Part shown: one piece after another, positions 40,716 through 50,300 of the stretch
Numbering within the stretch: position 1 is the first letter of the stretch
Layout: each line of letters begins with the position of its first letter
Origin: an uncultured Actinomycetota bacterium
GTDB lineage: Bacteria; Actinomycetota; Actinomycetes; Mycobacteriales; Mycobacteriaceae
Direction: 5' to 3'
Length of the DNA stretch: 64,000 nt
NCBI GenBank assembly: GCA_963746755.1
Contig: CAVVCM010000005.1
Span: forward strand, 28,407 to 92,406
Notes under the pieces: model-generated
What the model saw: the letters and a program-made list of their open reading frames with translations, nothing else
The model's database searches: none
What the model was told of the DNA's origin: nothing
Program-made: the position numbers and the translations under genes

Positions 40716-40882
40716 CCGGATTTGGGTTTCCGGCAAAATTTCGCCGCAAACGATTCCGGTTGCCGGGTCGCCACGGCCTTGGGGCAGGTAGCGACCGTGC
40801 CAGAACTCCCGAGCTTCCCCAGCGCTCAGATGGAAAGCGAAAAAGTCTGGCGTTTTTGGTTATTCGAAGCCGAACGACTCGC

Positions 40883-41194
40883 CTAGCTGGCCGGCCACTG
40901 CCTGCGCACCTCGGGATGCTCGGCGTACCAGCGATCCGCGATCCTGCGTATCCGCCGGTGCTCTACTGCCAGCCACACCAGGCCAAAGATCGTGACGACG
41001 ACGGCGATCACGCCTGCGGTCATGCCCTCGTGGTGATGTCCGGTGCCGAAGGCCGCAAGGCTGCCGCAAGCTCCGATCACGCCCGCTACGACTAAGAAGT
41101 ACCCCGGCCAGTGCAGTACGTCGATCAGCGACTCGCCGGCGAGCGGCCGCGTTGTCCTCAGATGGTCGACGGGGTCATGATAGGTGTCTCCCAT
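40883..41194 (-). CDS. usfY: UsfY membrane protein
   Basis: ATG 41194 (AGGAG 6 nt upstream): MGDTYHDPVDHLRTTRPLAGESLIDVLHWPGY..., two TM helices, and C-terminus ADRWYAEHPEVRRQ, as in M. tuberculosis UsfY. Confidence 0.85.
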   Translation of the reverse strand: MGDTYHDPVDHLRTTRPLAGESLIDVLHWPGYFLVVAGVIGACGSLAAFGTGHHHEGMTAGVIAVVVTIFGLVWLAVEHRRIRRIADRWYAEHPEVRRQWPAS

Positions 41195-41321
41195 GGCTGC
41201 TCCTAGGGGAGATGTTGGACTTATTCGCAGCTCAATACGGGTTGCACCATCAACGGTAGATCTCGCGGGACCCGTTGGCGAGACCTCTAGACAAGACGTC
41301 GAGCCGACGTCGAAGACAGAG

Positions 41322-41723
41322 TCAGAGGGCCAATACCGGACCGGCAATCGGAGCAACGCCGATGGAGACCATCAGCACCATCAGCGTCAACAAAAACCAG
41401 CCGGCGCCCTGCCACCCCCACCACGTACCCCGGGCCTTCCACACGCGGTAGGTGCGCAAGAACGCCCAGAGCCCCCCGCCCAACGCGATCAATGGACCGC
41501 CGAGCGCCAACAGCGTCCGCTGGGGCGCGCCACAGGCCGCCGTGTCGACGCCCATTCCCGGGCAGGTGCTCACCCACAGCGCAGCCATGACCAGGAAGCC
41601 GACCGCCGCGGCCGCGGCCAGGACTGCAAACCGGATGGCGTCGTGCACCTCGCCGTCTTCCTGTCCCAGGCGATCACCACCTGATCGCTCATCCGCCTTC
41701 TGCATCCTCGCCCTCACATCCAC
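41322..41723 (-). CDS. Transmembrane protein (Rv3289c-like)
   Basis: 133 aa with three or four hydrophobic helices. Sits between lat and usfY as in M. tuberculosis. Confidence 0.7.
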   Translation of the reverse strand: MDVRARMQKADERSGGDRLGQEDGEVHDAIRFAVLAAAAAVGFLVMAALWVSTCPGMGVDTAACGAPQRTLLALGGPLIALGGGLWAFLRTYRVWKARGTWWGWQGAGWFLLTLMVLMVSIGVAPIAGPVLAL

Positions 41724-41861
41724 CGTCTTGGCCTGTATTGGCCCCGTCTTGGCCCGTCTGGCTTAGTTCATCGTTCGCTACGTCGCATTAGTTACCGCGC
41801 TAGGACAATCTGTCCCGACCACGTTGTCGCGCTGGTACTGGCGGAAAGCACACGGCTATAG

Positions 41862-41888
41862 ATACCCACCGGCAAACCTCGGTAAACC
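41862..41888 (-). promoter_or_regulatory. SigF-consensus promoter reading into the Rv3289c-like gene and usfY
   Basis: The minus strand reads GGTTT-ACCGAGGTTTGCCGGT-GGGTAT (16-nt spacer), a perfect match to the published mycobacterial SigF consensus. It lies 139 nt upstream of ATG 41723. Confidence 0.6.
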
Positions 41889-41897
41889 GCCTAAGTC

Positions 41898-43220
41898 CTA
41901 GGTCACAGCCGCCAATGCGCCGCGTACGGCACAAATCGCCGCGTCGATCTCCGCGCGCGACACGGTCAGCGCCGGGCGGAACCGGACGCCGTCTTGACCA
42001 GCGGGCAGCACGATCACGGCGCGTTGCCACAACTGGCGGATCACCTCGTCGCGATCGGCGGTGCCCGGCAAGCTGAACGCACACATCAGGCCGCGACCGC
42101 GGGGATCGAGCACGACACCGGGGAAGTCGCGGGCGAGTTCGTCGAGCCGGGCTCGCAGGTAGGCGCCGTGTTCGGCGGCGTGGTCAAACAATCCGTCGGC
42201 CTCGATCACCTCCAGGATGCGGCGGGCCCGCACCATGTCGGCCAGGTTGCCGCCCCACGTCGAGTTCAGCCGGGAGGCGACCGTGAACACGTTGTCGGCG
42301 ATCTCGTCGACCCGGCGGCCCGCCATGACTCCGCACACCTGCGTCTTCTTGCCGAACGCGACGACATCGGGTTGCACGCCCAACTGCTGGTAGGCCCATG
42401 GAGTTCCGGTCAGGCCGCAGCCGGTCTGCACCTCGTCGAAGATCAGCAGGGCGTCGTATTCGTCGCACAGCTGGCGCATCGCCGCGAAGAACCCGGGGCG
42501 AAAGTGCCGGTCGCCGCCTTCCCCTTGGATGGGTTCGGCCACAAAGCATGCGATGTCGTGCGGGTGTGTCTCGAAAGCCACGCGGGCCCGGCGCAGCGAC
42601 TCGGCTTCCACCGCGTCCATATCAACCCCGGGCCGGATGTACGGAGCGTCGATGCGCGGCCAGTCGAACTTCGGGAAGCGGGCCACACTGACCGGGTTGG
42701 TGTTGGTCAGTGACAGGGTGTAGCCGCTGCGGCCGTGGAATGCGCCGCGCAGGTGCAGCACCCGCGTGCCGAGTGCGGGGTCGATGCCGTGTGCCTGGTT
42801 GTGCCGGCTCTTCCAGTCGAACGCCACCTTCAGTGCGTTCTCCACCGCCAGTGCGCCGCCTTCGACGAAGAACAAATGCGGCAGCGCCGGATCGCCCAGC
42901 ACCCGGGCAAAGGTCTCGACGAAGCCGGCCATCGCCACCGAGTACACATCGGAGTTGCTCGGCTTGTTCAGCGCGGCCGCCACGAGTTCGGCGCGGAACT
43001 CCTCGTCGTCGGCCAGTGCCGGATGGTTCATGCCCAGCGCCGACGACGCGACGAAGGTGAACATGTCGAGATAACGCCGACCGTCTCGGGCGTCGACCAG
43101 ATAGGACCCGGCCGAGGCCGTCAGATCGAGTACCAGGTCCAGACCGTCGACGAGAATGCTGAGCGACAGCACCTCATGGACCCGGTCGGGTTCCGTCTGC
43201 AGACTCGCAGCGGCAGCCAT
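41898..43220 (-). CDS. lat: L-lysine epsilon-aminotransferase
   Basis: 440 aa class-III aminotransferase with PLP lysine context VVAFGKKTQVCG. Neighbours lrpA and pcd. Confidence 0.92.
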   Translation of the reverse strand: MAAAASLQTEPDRVHEVLSLSILVDGLDLVLDLTASAGSYLVDARDGRRYLDMFTFVASSALGMNHPALADDEEFRAELVAAALNKPSNSDVYSVAMAGFVETFARVLGDPALPHLFFVEGGALAVENALKVAFDWKSRHNQAHGIDPALGTRVLHLRGAFHGRSGYTLSLTNTNPVSVARFPKFDWPRIDAPYIRPGVDMDAVEAESLRRARVAFETHPHDIACFVAEPIQGEGGDRHFRPGFFAAMRQLCDEYDALLIFDEVQTGCGLTGTPWAYQQLGVQPDVVAFGKKTQVCGVMAGRRVDEIADNVFTVASRLNSTWGGNLADMVRARRILEVIEADGLFDHAAEHGAYLRARLDELARDFPGVVLDPRGRGLMCAFSLPGTADRDEVIRQLWQRAVIVLPAGQDGVRFRPALTVSRAEIDAAICAVRGALAAVT

Positions 43221-43271
43221 GCCGTCATATTAGCGTTTTTTTACGGATCTAAGGCGCTAGAACCGGAAACA

Positions 43272-43724
43272 TTATGGTATGTATTGCCTGTCGCTGTAAA
43301 AAGTATTGAGGATGATGGTGCTTCGTGTGCGGACGTTCGCGGCTGTCCGGATCCGCTGCAGCAGGTCCTCGAGCGCTCGCGCCGACTCCACGCGCACCAG
43401 CAAGATGTAGCTTTCTTCGCCGGCCACCGAGTGACACGCTTCGATCTCCTCGATGTGTTCCAGGCGGGCGGGCGCATCATCGGGTTGAGAAGGATCCAGA
43501 GGAGTGATGGCCACGAACGCCGAGAGCAGGTGCCCGACCGCCTCCGGGTCGATCCGCGCGGAATACCCCGACACCACGCCGCGAGACTCCAACCGACGCA
43601 CCCGCGACTGGACCGCCGACACCGACAGTCCGGCGCTCGCCGCCAGCTCCGCCAACGTCGCGCGTCCGTCGGCGACCAGCCGGCGCACCAGGATCCGGTC
43701 GATGTCGTCGAGCGTCTCAGTCAT
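43272..43724 (-). CDS. lrpA: Lrp/AsnC-family transcriptional regulator
   Basis: 150 aa with an N-terminal HTH (LDDIDRILVRRLVADGRATLAELAASAGLSVSAVQSRVRRLE) plus an RAM domain. Confidence 0.9.
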   Translation of the reverse strand: MTETLDDIDRILVRRLVADGRATLAELAASAGLSVSAVQSRVRRLESRGVVSGYSARIDPEAVGHLLSAFVAITPLDPSQPDDAPARLEHIEEIEACHSVAGEESYILLVRVESARALEDLLQRIRTAANVRTRSTIILNTFYSDRQYIP

Positions 43725-43784
43725 GGCCGGAGACTATCGCAGCGACGGCAGCGCGTGAGCGCTCCAAAAAGACAGAGAAGGCTC

Positions 43785-45023
43785 GTGACCTGGCAGTTGC
43801 GTGCGCTATTCGCGGCCGGGCTGTCGGCCATGTACGCCGGTGAGGTGCCGGCTTACGCGGCGCTGGTCGAGGTAAGCGGGGAGGTCAACGCCGATTATGT
43901 GGCGCGCCATCACGATCCCGAACGTTTCGGCTCGCTGCAGCGGGTCACCGCTGAGCGGCACGGCGCCATCCGGGTGGGCAGCCCGGCCGAACTGGCCGCC
44001 GTCGCCGAGCTGTTCGCCGCGTTCGGCATGCTGCCGGTGGGCTACTACGATCTGCGCTCGGCCGCGTCACCGATTCCGGTGGTGTCAACAGCCTTCCGAC
44101 CTGTCGATGCAAACGAGCTGGCGCTCAACCCATTTCGCGTGTTCACTTCGATGCTGGCCACCCGGGACCTCCGCTACTTCACTGCGGAGCTGCGTACCCG
44201 CATCCAGACCTTCCTCGCGCATCGCCAACTGTTCGACCCCGCATTGCTGGCCCGGGCGCGGATCATCGCGGCCGAGGGCGGCTGTGCTGCCGACGAGGCG
44301 CAGTCTTTCGTCGCGGCGGCGGTGGCAGCGTTTGCGCTATCCCGTGAGCCGATCGATAAGTCCTGGTACGACGAGTTGTCGCGGGTGTCCGCGGTGGCCG
44401 CCGACATCGCCGGGGTCGGCTCCACCCACATCAACCACCTGACACCGCGAGTCCTCGACATCGACGATCTATACCAACGAATGACCCGGCGCGGCATCGC
44501 GATGATCGATACCATCCAGGGCCCGCCCCGCACCGAAGGACCGGCGGTGCTGTTGCGCCAGACCTCTTTCCGCGCACTCGCCGAACCGTGCCTGTTTCGC
44601 GCTCACGACGGCACGCTGCGCCCGGGAAATCTGCGGGTGCGCTTCGGTGAGGTCGAGGCGCGCGGTGTCGCGCTGACCCCGAGAGGGCGGGGGCGCTACG
44701 ACGCCGCCATGGCTCAGCTCGTCGGGGAAGCCGACCCGGCCCAGGTGTGGAGCCACTATTTCCCGTCGACCGACAAGGAGATGGCCGCCGACGGACTGGC
44801 CTACTACCGTGGCGGTGTCCCGTCGACACCCATCGTCTATGAGGACTTCCTGCCGGCTTCGGCGGCGGGCATCTTCCGCTCGAACCTGGATCGGGATACC
44901 CGAGCCGGTGATGTCGCCGACGATTCCGGTTACGACATGCAGTGGCTGGCCGGGGCTATCGGCCGCGATATTTATGACCCGTATGCACTTTACGAAGCGC
45001 TATCCCAGGAGGTACCGCGGTGA
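43785..45023 (+). CDS. DUF1338-family protein (Rv3292-like; family includes 2-oxoadipate dioxygenase/decarboxylase HglS)
   Basis: GTG 43785 (VTWQLRALFAAGLSAMYAGEVPAY), 412 aa. Only the 3' part of the 762-aa track ORF, whose 5' part is antisense to lat/lrpA. The stop overlaps the pcd GTG. Confidence 0.75.
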   Translation: MTWQLRALFAAGLSAMYAGEVPAYAALVEVSGEVNADYVARHHDPERFGSLQRVTAERHGAIRVGSPAELAAVAELFAAFGMLPVGYYDLRSAASPIPVVSTAFRPVDANELALNPFRVFTSMLATRDLRYFTAELRTRIQTFLAHRQLFDPALLARARIIAAEGGCAADEAQSFVAAAVAAFALSREPIDKSWYDELSRVSAVAADIAGVGSTHINHLTPRVLDIDDLYQRMTRRGIAMIDTIQGPPRTEGPAVLLRQTSFRALAEPCLFRAHDGTLRPGNLRVRFGEVEARGVALTPRGRGRYDAAMAQLVGEADPAQVWSHYFPSTDKEMAADGLAYYRGGVPSTPIVYEDFLPASAAGIFRSNLDRDTRAGDVADDSGYDMQWLAGAIGRDIYDPYALYEALSQEVPR

Positions 45024-46540
45024 AGCTGCCGACCGCCAACGAGTTGCGCACCCGGGCACGTCGTGCCCTGCAGGCAACCGGAGCTGACGTCCGTCTCGGT
45101 GAGCCGGGCGGGCACGGACTGCCCGCCAGCACACCGATCACCGGCGAGGTGCTGTTCACCGTCGCGCACACCACACCCGAGCAGGCCGACCGAACGATCG
45201 CCGAGGCCGCCCAAGCGTTTTCGGCATGGCGAAACACACCGGCCCCGGCGCGCGGCGCACTGGTGGCCCGCCTCGGCGAGCTGCTCACCGAACACAAGAA
45301 CGACCTCGCGACACTGGTGACCCTCGAGGTCGGCAAGATCACCTCCGAGGCGGCCGGCGAAGTGCAGGAGATGATCGACGTCTGCGGTTTCGCCGTCGGC
45401 CTGTCGCGTCAGCTCTACGGCCGCACCATCGCGTCGGAGCGCCCCGGGCATCGGCTGGCCGAGACCTGGCATCCGCTAGGTGTGGTCGGGGTGATCACCG
45501 CGTTCAACTTCCCGGTTGCGGTCTGGGCATGGAACGCCGCGGTGGCGCTGGTGTGCGGGGACACGGTGGTGTGGAAGCCCTCGGAACTGACGCCGTTGAC
45601 GGGCCTGGCGTGTCAGGCGCTGATCGACCGGGCGGCCGCCGACGTCGGCGCCCCGCCCGCGGTGAGCGGTCTGGTCACCGGCGAACGCGACCTGGGTGAG
45701 CAGCTGGTGGACGATCCCCGAATCGCGTTGGTGTCCGCGACCGGTTCGGTGCGGATGGGGCAGGCGGTCGGTCCACCCGTGGCCGCGCGCTTCGGGCGGG
45801 TGCTGCTCGAACTGGGCGGCAACAACGCGGCCATCGTGACTCCGTCGGCCGACCTGGACCTGGCGGTGCGCGCCATCGTGTTCGCCGCGGCCGGCACCGC
45901 GGGGCAGCGCTGCACCAGCCTGCGCCGGCTCATCGTGCATCGCTGCGTGGCCGACGAGGTGGTGGCGCGCGTCGTCTCCGCCCTGCGGCAACTGCCCATA
46001 GGCGACCCGTCGGCCCCGGGCACGCTCGTCGGGCCGCTCATCCACGAAACCGCCTACCGCGACATGGTGGGAGCCCTGGAACAGGCACGCGCCGACGGCG
46101 GCGAGGTTGTCGGCGGTGACCGTCACGAGGAGGGTCATCCCAGCGCCTACTACGTGGCGCCGGCCGTGGTGCGGATGCCCGCACAGACCGCCATCGTGGC
46201 GACCGAGACGTTCGCGCCGATCCTCTACGTGCTGACCTACGACGACCTGGATGAGGCGATCGCGCTGAACAATGATGTGCCACAAGGACTTTCGTCGGCC
46301 ATTTTCACCACCGACCTGCGGGAGGCGCAACGTTTCCTGGACGGGTCCGACTGCGGTATCGCCAACGTCAATATCGGCACCTCCGGTGCTGAAATCGGCG
46401 GCGCGTTCGGCGGCGAGAAGCAGACCGGTGGCGGGCGGGAGTCTGGCTCGGACGCGTGGAAGGCCTACATGCGGCGCGCCACCAACACCGTCAATTACTC
46501 CAGCGAGTTACCGCTGGCCCAGGGCGTGGAGTTCGGATGA
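45020..46540 (+). CDS. pcd: Piperideine-6-carboxylate (alpha-aminoadipic semialdehyde) dehydrogenase
   Basis: 506-aa aldehyde dehydrogenase with LELGGNN and catalytic Cys in GTAGQRCTSLRR. Confidence 0.9.
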   Translation: MKLPTANELRTRARRALQATGADVRLGEPGGHGLPASTPITGEVLFTVAHTTPEQADRTIAEAAQAFSAWRNTPAPARGALVARLGELLTEHKNDLATLVTLEVGKITSEAAGEVQEMIDVCGFAVGLSRQLYGRTIASERPGHRLAETWHPLGVVGVITAFNFPVAVWAWNAAVALVCGDTVVWKPSELTPLTGLACQALIDRAAADVGAPPAVSGLVTGERDLGEQLVDDPRIALVSATGSVRMGQAVGPPVAARFGRVLLELGGNNAAIVTPSADLDLAVRAIVFAAAGTAGQRCTSLRRLIVHRCVADEVVARVVSALRQLPIGDPSAPGTLVGPLIHETAYRDMVGALEQARADGGEVVGGDRHEEGHPSAYYVAPAVVRMPAQTAIVATETFAPILYVLTYDDLDEAIALNNDVPQGLSSAIFTTDLREAQRFLDGSDCGIANVNIGTSGAEIGGAFGGEKQTGGGRESGSDAWKAYMRRATNTVNYSSELPLAQGVEFG

Positions 46541-46586
46541 ACGCAATGTAGCCGACGTCTCATACCCGATGAGTACTATCTGACGC

Positions 46587-47261
46587 ATGCCGACAGCCAG
46601 AAGGCGGCTATCCCCCGCGGATCGACGCGCCGAGCTGCTCGCGTTGGGGGCAGAAGTCTTTGGGAAGCGACCCTATGACGACGTCCGCATCGACGAGATC
46701 GCCGAACGCGCCGGAGTGTCCCGCGCGCTGATGTATCACTACTTCCCGGACAAGCGGGCGTTCTTCGCCGCAGTGGTCAAAGACGAGGCCGATCGGCTGT
46801 ACGCGGCCACCAACGACCCGCCCCTCGCCGGCATGACGATGTTCGAAGAGGTGCGGGTCGGTGTGCTGGCCTACATGGCGTACCACCAGCAGAATCCGGA
46901 GGCTGCGTGGGCTGCATACGTCGGTCTGGGCCGGTCTGACCCGGTTCTGCTGGGCGTCGAGGACGATGCCAAGAACCGCCAGATGGAGCACATTATGAGC
47001 CGCATCGCCGAGGTCGTGAGCGGGGTGCAGGAGGCAAAGCTGGAATCGGATGTCGAGCGGGACCTGCGGGTGATCATTCAAGGCTGGCTGGCGTTCACCT
47101 TCGAAATATGTCGGCAGCGAATCATCGACCCCACCACCGACGCCGATCGGCTTGCCGATGCCTGCGCGCACACACTGCTGGACGCGATCGCCCGGGTACC
47201 CGAGATACCGTCCGAACTGGCCCACGCGATGGAGACGGCGCGATACTTAACGCAGCAATAG
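46587..47261 (+). CDS. TetR-family transcriptional regulator (Rv3295-like)
   Basis: N-terminal HTH RRAELLALGAEVFGKRPYDDVRIDEIAERAGVSRALMYHYFPDK. Confidence 0.85.
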   Translation: MPTARRRLSPADRRAELLALGAEVFGKRPYDDVRIDEIAERAGVSRALMYHYFPDKRAFFAAVVKDEADRLYAATNDPPLAGMTMFEEVRVGVLAYMAYHQQNPEAAWAAYVGLGRSDPVLLGVEDDAKNRQMEHIMSRIAEVVSGVQEAKLESDVERDLRVIIQGWLAFTFEICRQRIIDPTTDADRLADACAHTLLDAIARVPEIPSELAHAMETARYLTQQ

Positions 47262-47318
47262 CCAGCAAGTTGACGTTTGTGTCTCGGATTTGTCGGTGTT
47301 CGTTGGCACCATGGCTAG

Positions 47319-50300
47319 GTGACCACGCGTTCTGCACCCCAGCCGCCTGACCCGCTAGGCCGGTTCAGCGCCGTCACGCGCGAGTGGTTCACCAGCACTT
47401 TCGCAGCGCCGACCGCTGCCCAGGCCGAGGCCTGGGACGCCATCGCCGACGGCGACAACACCCTGGTGATCGCGCCGACCGGATCCGGGAAGACGCTCGC
47501 GGCGTTCCTGTGGGCTATCGACAGCCTGGCGGCTCTGCCTTCCGGGCCGGACCGGCCCGGAGGCACACGCGTGCTGTACGTGTCCCCGCTCAAGGCGCTG
47601 GCGGTCGACGTCGAGCGCAACCTGCGCACCCCGCTGGCGGGACTCACCAGGATCGCCGAGCGCCGCGGCCTGCCGCCACCCGACATCAGCGTCGGGGTCC
47701 GCTCCGGTGACACCCCGCCCGCGCGGCGCCGCCAGCTCATCGCCCGGCCTCCGGACGTGCTGATCACCACCCCGGAGTCGCTGTTTCTGATGCTCACCTC
47801 GGCCGCGCGCGACACCCTGACCGGTGTGCAGACGGTGATCGTCGACGAGATACATGCCATCGCCGCCGGCAAGCGCGGCGCGCATCTGGCCCTGTCGCTC
47901 GAGCGGCTCGACGATCTGCGTCAGGGGCGGCCCGCACAGCGCATCGGCTTGTCGGCGACCGTGCGTCCGCCCGAGGAGCTCGCCCGGTTCCTGTCCGGGC
48001 AATCTCCGACGACCATCGTCGCTCCGCGCGCGGCCAAGACCGTCGAGCTCACGGTGCAGGTACCGGTGCCCGATATGGCCAACCTGCCGAACAACACCAT
48101 TTGGCCCGACGTCGAGACGCGCCTGGTCGACCTCATCGAATCGCACAGTTCGACCATCGTGTTCGCCAATTCGCGGCGATTGGCCGAACGACTTACCTCG
48201 CGGCTCAACGAAATTCACGCCGAACGCCGTGGCATCGCGCTCGCGACTGACACCAACCCGCGGGTGCCGGGTGGGGCGCCGGCGCACATCATGGGCTCGA
48301 GCCAACAACAAGGCCAGACGTTAGGTGCGGACGCTGCGCTGGCCCGCGCCCATCATGGTTCGGTCAGCAAGGAGCAGCGCGCCCTGGTCGAAGAGGACCT
48401 CAAACGCGGACTGCTCAAGGCGGTGGTGGCGACGTCGAGCCTGGAACTGGGCATCGACATGGGTGCGGTCGACCTGGTGATCCAGGTGGAGGCACCGCCG
48501 TCGGTGGCCAGCGGCCTGCAACGCATCGGGCGGGCCGGACATCAGGTCGGCGAAGTCTCGCAAGGGGTGCTGTTTCCCAAGCACCGCACCGACCTGATCG
48601 GCTGCGCGGTGACCGTGCAGCGGATGCTCGCCGGCCAGATCGAGACCATGCGGGTGCCCGCCAACCCCCTCGACATCCTGGCGCAACACACCGTGGCGGC
48701 GGCCGCGCTGGAACCGCTCGACGCCGACCGGTGGTTCGACACGGTGCACCGCAGCGCCCCGTTCGCGACGCTGCCGCGCAGCGTGTACGAGGCCACCCTG
48801 GACCTTTTGAGCGGCAAGTATCCGTCCACCGAGTTCGCCGAGCTGCGACCGCGATTGGTCTACGACCGCGACACCGGCACGCTGACCGCGCGGCCCGGTG
48901 CGCAGCGGCTGGCCGTCACCTCCGGCGGCGCCATCCCCGATCGCGGCCTGTTCACCGTCTACCTGGCTTCTAGTGTTGAAGACTCCGAAAAGCCCTCGCG
49001 GGTAGGCGAATTGGACGAGGAAATGGTCTACGAGTCGCGTCCCGGTGACGTCATCTCGCTGGGCGCCACCAGCTGGCGGATCACCGAGATCACCCACGAC
49101 CGGGTGCTGGTGATTCCCGCGCCCGGCCAGCCGGCCCGGTTGCCGTTCTGGCGGGGTGAGGATGTCGGTCGCCCGGCCGAGCTGGGTGCCGCGCTCGGCG
49201 CGTTCACCGGCGAACTGGCCGGGCTGGACCGCGAAGCATTCGACAAACGATGTGCGGGTTTGGGTTTCGACGCCTATGCGACTGACAACCTGTGGGGGCT
49301 GCTCGAGGAGCAGCGGACCGCCGCCGGGGTGGTACCCACCGACACCACTCTGCTGGTCGAGCGGTTCCGCGACGAACTGGGCGACTGGCGCGTGATCCTG
49401 CACTCGCCGTACGGGCTGCGGGTCAACGGACCACTTGCGCTGGCAGTGGGCCGGCGGCTGCGCGAACGCTACGGCATCGACGAGAAACCCACCGCCTCCG
49501 ACGACGGCATCGTGGTGCGATTGCCCGACACTGATCTGTCCGGCGGAGATGGCGCCCCGCCGGGTGCGGAATTGTTCGTATTCGACGCCGACGAGATCGA
49601 TCCCATCGTCACCGCCGAAGTGGGCGGTTCGGCGCTGTTCGCGTCGCGGTTCCGGGAGTGCGCGGCCCGCGCTCTGCTGCTGCCGCGCCGGCACCCCGGC
49701 CGCCGCTCGCCGCTGTGGCACCAGCGCCAGCGCGCGGCCCAGTTGCTGGATGTGGCCCGCAAATACCCCGACTTCCCCGTGGTGCTGGAGACCATCCGCG
49801 AATGCCTACAGGACGTCTACGACGTCCCGGCCCTGGTCGAGCTGATGGCCGCCATCGCCCAGCGACGGGTGCGGGTGCTCGAGGCCGAGACCGCACGGCC
49901 CTCGCCGTTTGCGGCGTCACTGCTGTTCGGTTACGTCGGCGCGTTCATGTACGAGGGCGACACCCCGCTGGCCGAGCGCCGGGCCGCGGCGCTCTCGCTG
50001 GATGCCACGCTGCTGGCCGAACTGCTCGGCCGGGTGGAGCTGCGCGAGCTGCTCGATCCGGAGGTCATCGCGGCGACCGGCCGGCAGTTGCAACACCTGT
50101 CCGGCGACCGGGCCGCCCGCGATGCCGAAGCGGTCGCGGATCTGCTGCGCTTGCTGGGCCCGCTGACCGAAGCGGAAGTGGCCGCCCGGGCCAGCGTCGA
50201 CGACGTCGGCGGCTGGCTGGAAGGTTTGCGCGCGGCCAGGCGCGCGGTGACGGTGTCGTTCGCCGGTCGCGGCTGGTGGGTGGCCATCGAGGACATCGGT

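Noticed and set aside
40465-40886. 94-aa minus-strand ORF and 81-aa plus-strand ORF in the usfY-rsbW spacer
   Set aside because: They have an odd composition (Cys/Trp/His-rich, low third-position GC), no signal or domain features, and no RBS. The shorter 49-codon membrane ORF is the only one with protein-like character.
42735-43784. 5' 350 codons of the 762-aa plus-strand ORF
   Set aside because: This part is antisense to lat and lrpA, both of which are clearly real. The DUF1338 homology begins at GTG 43785.
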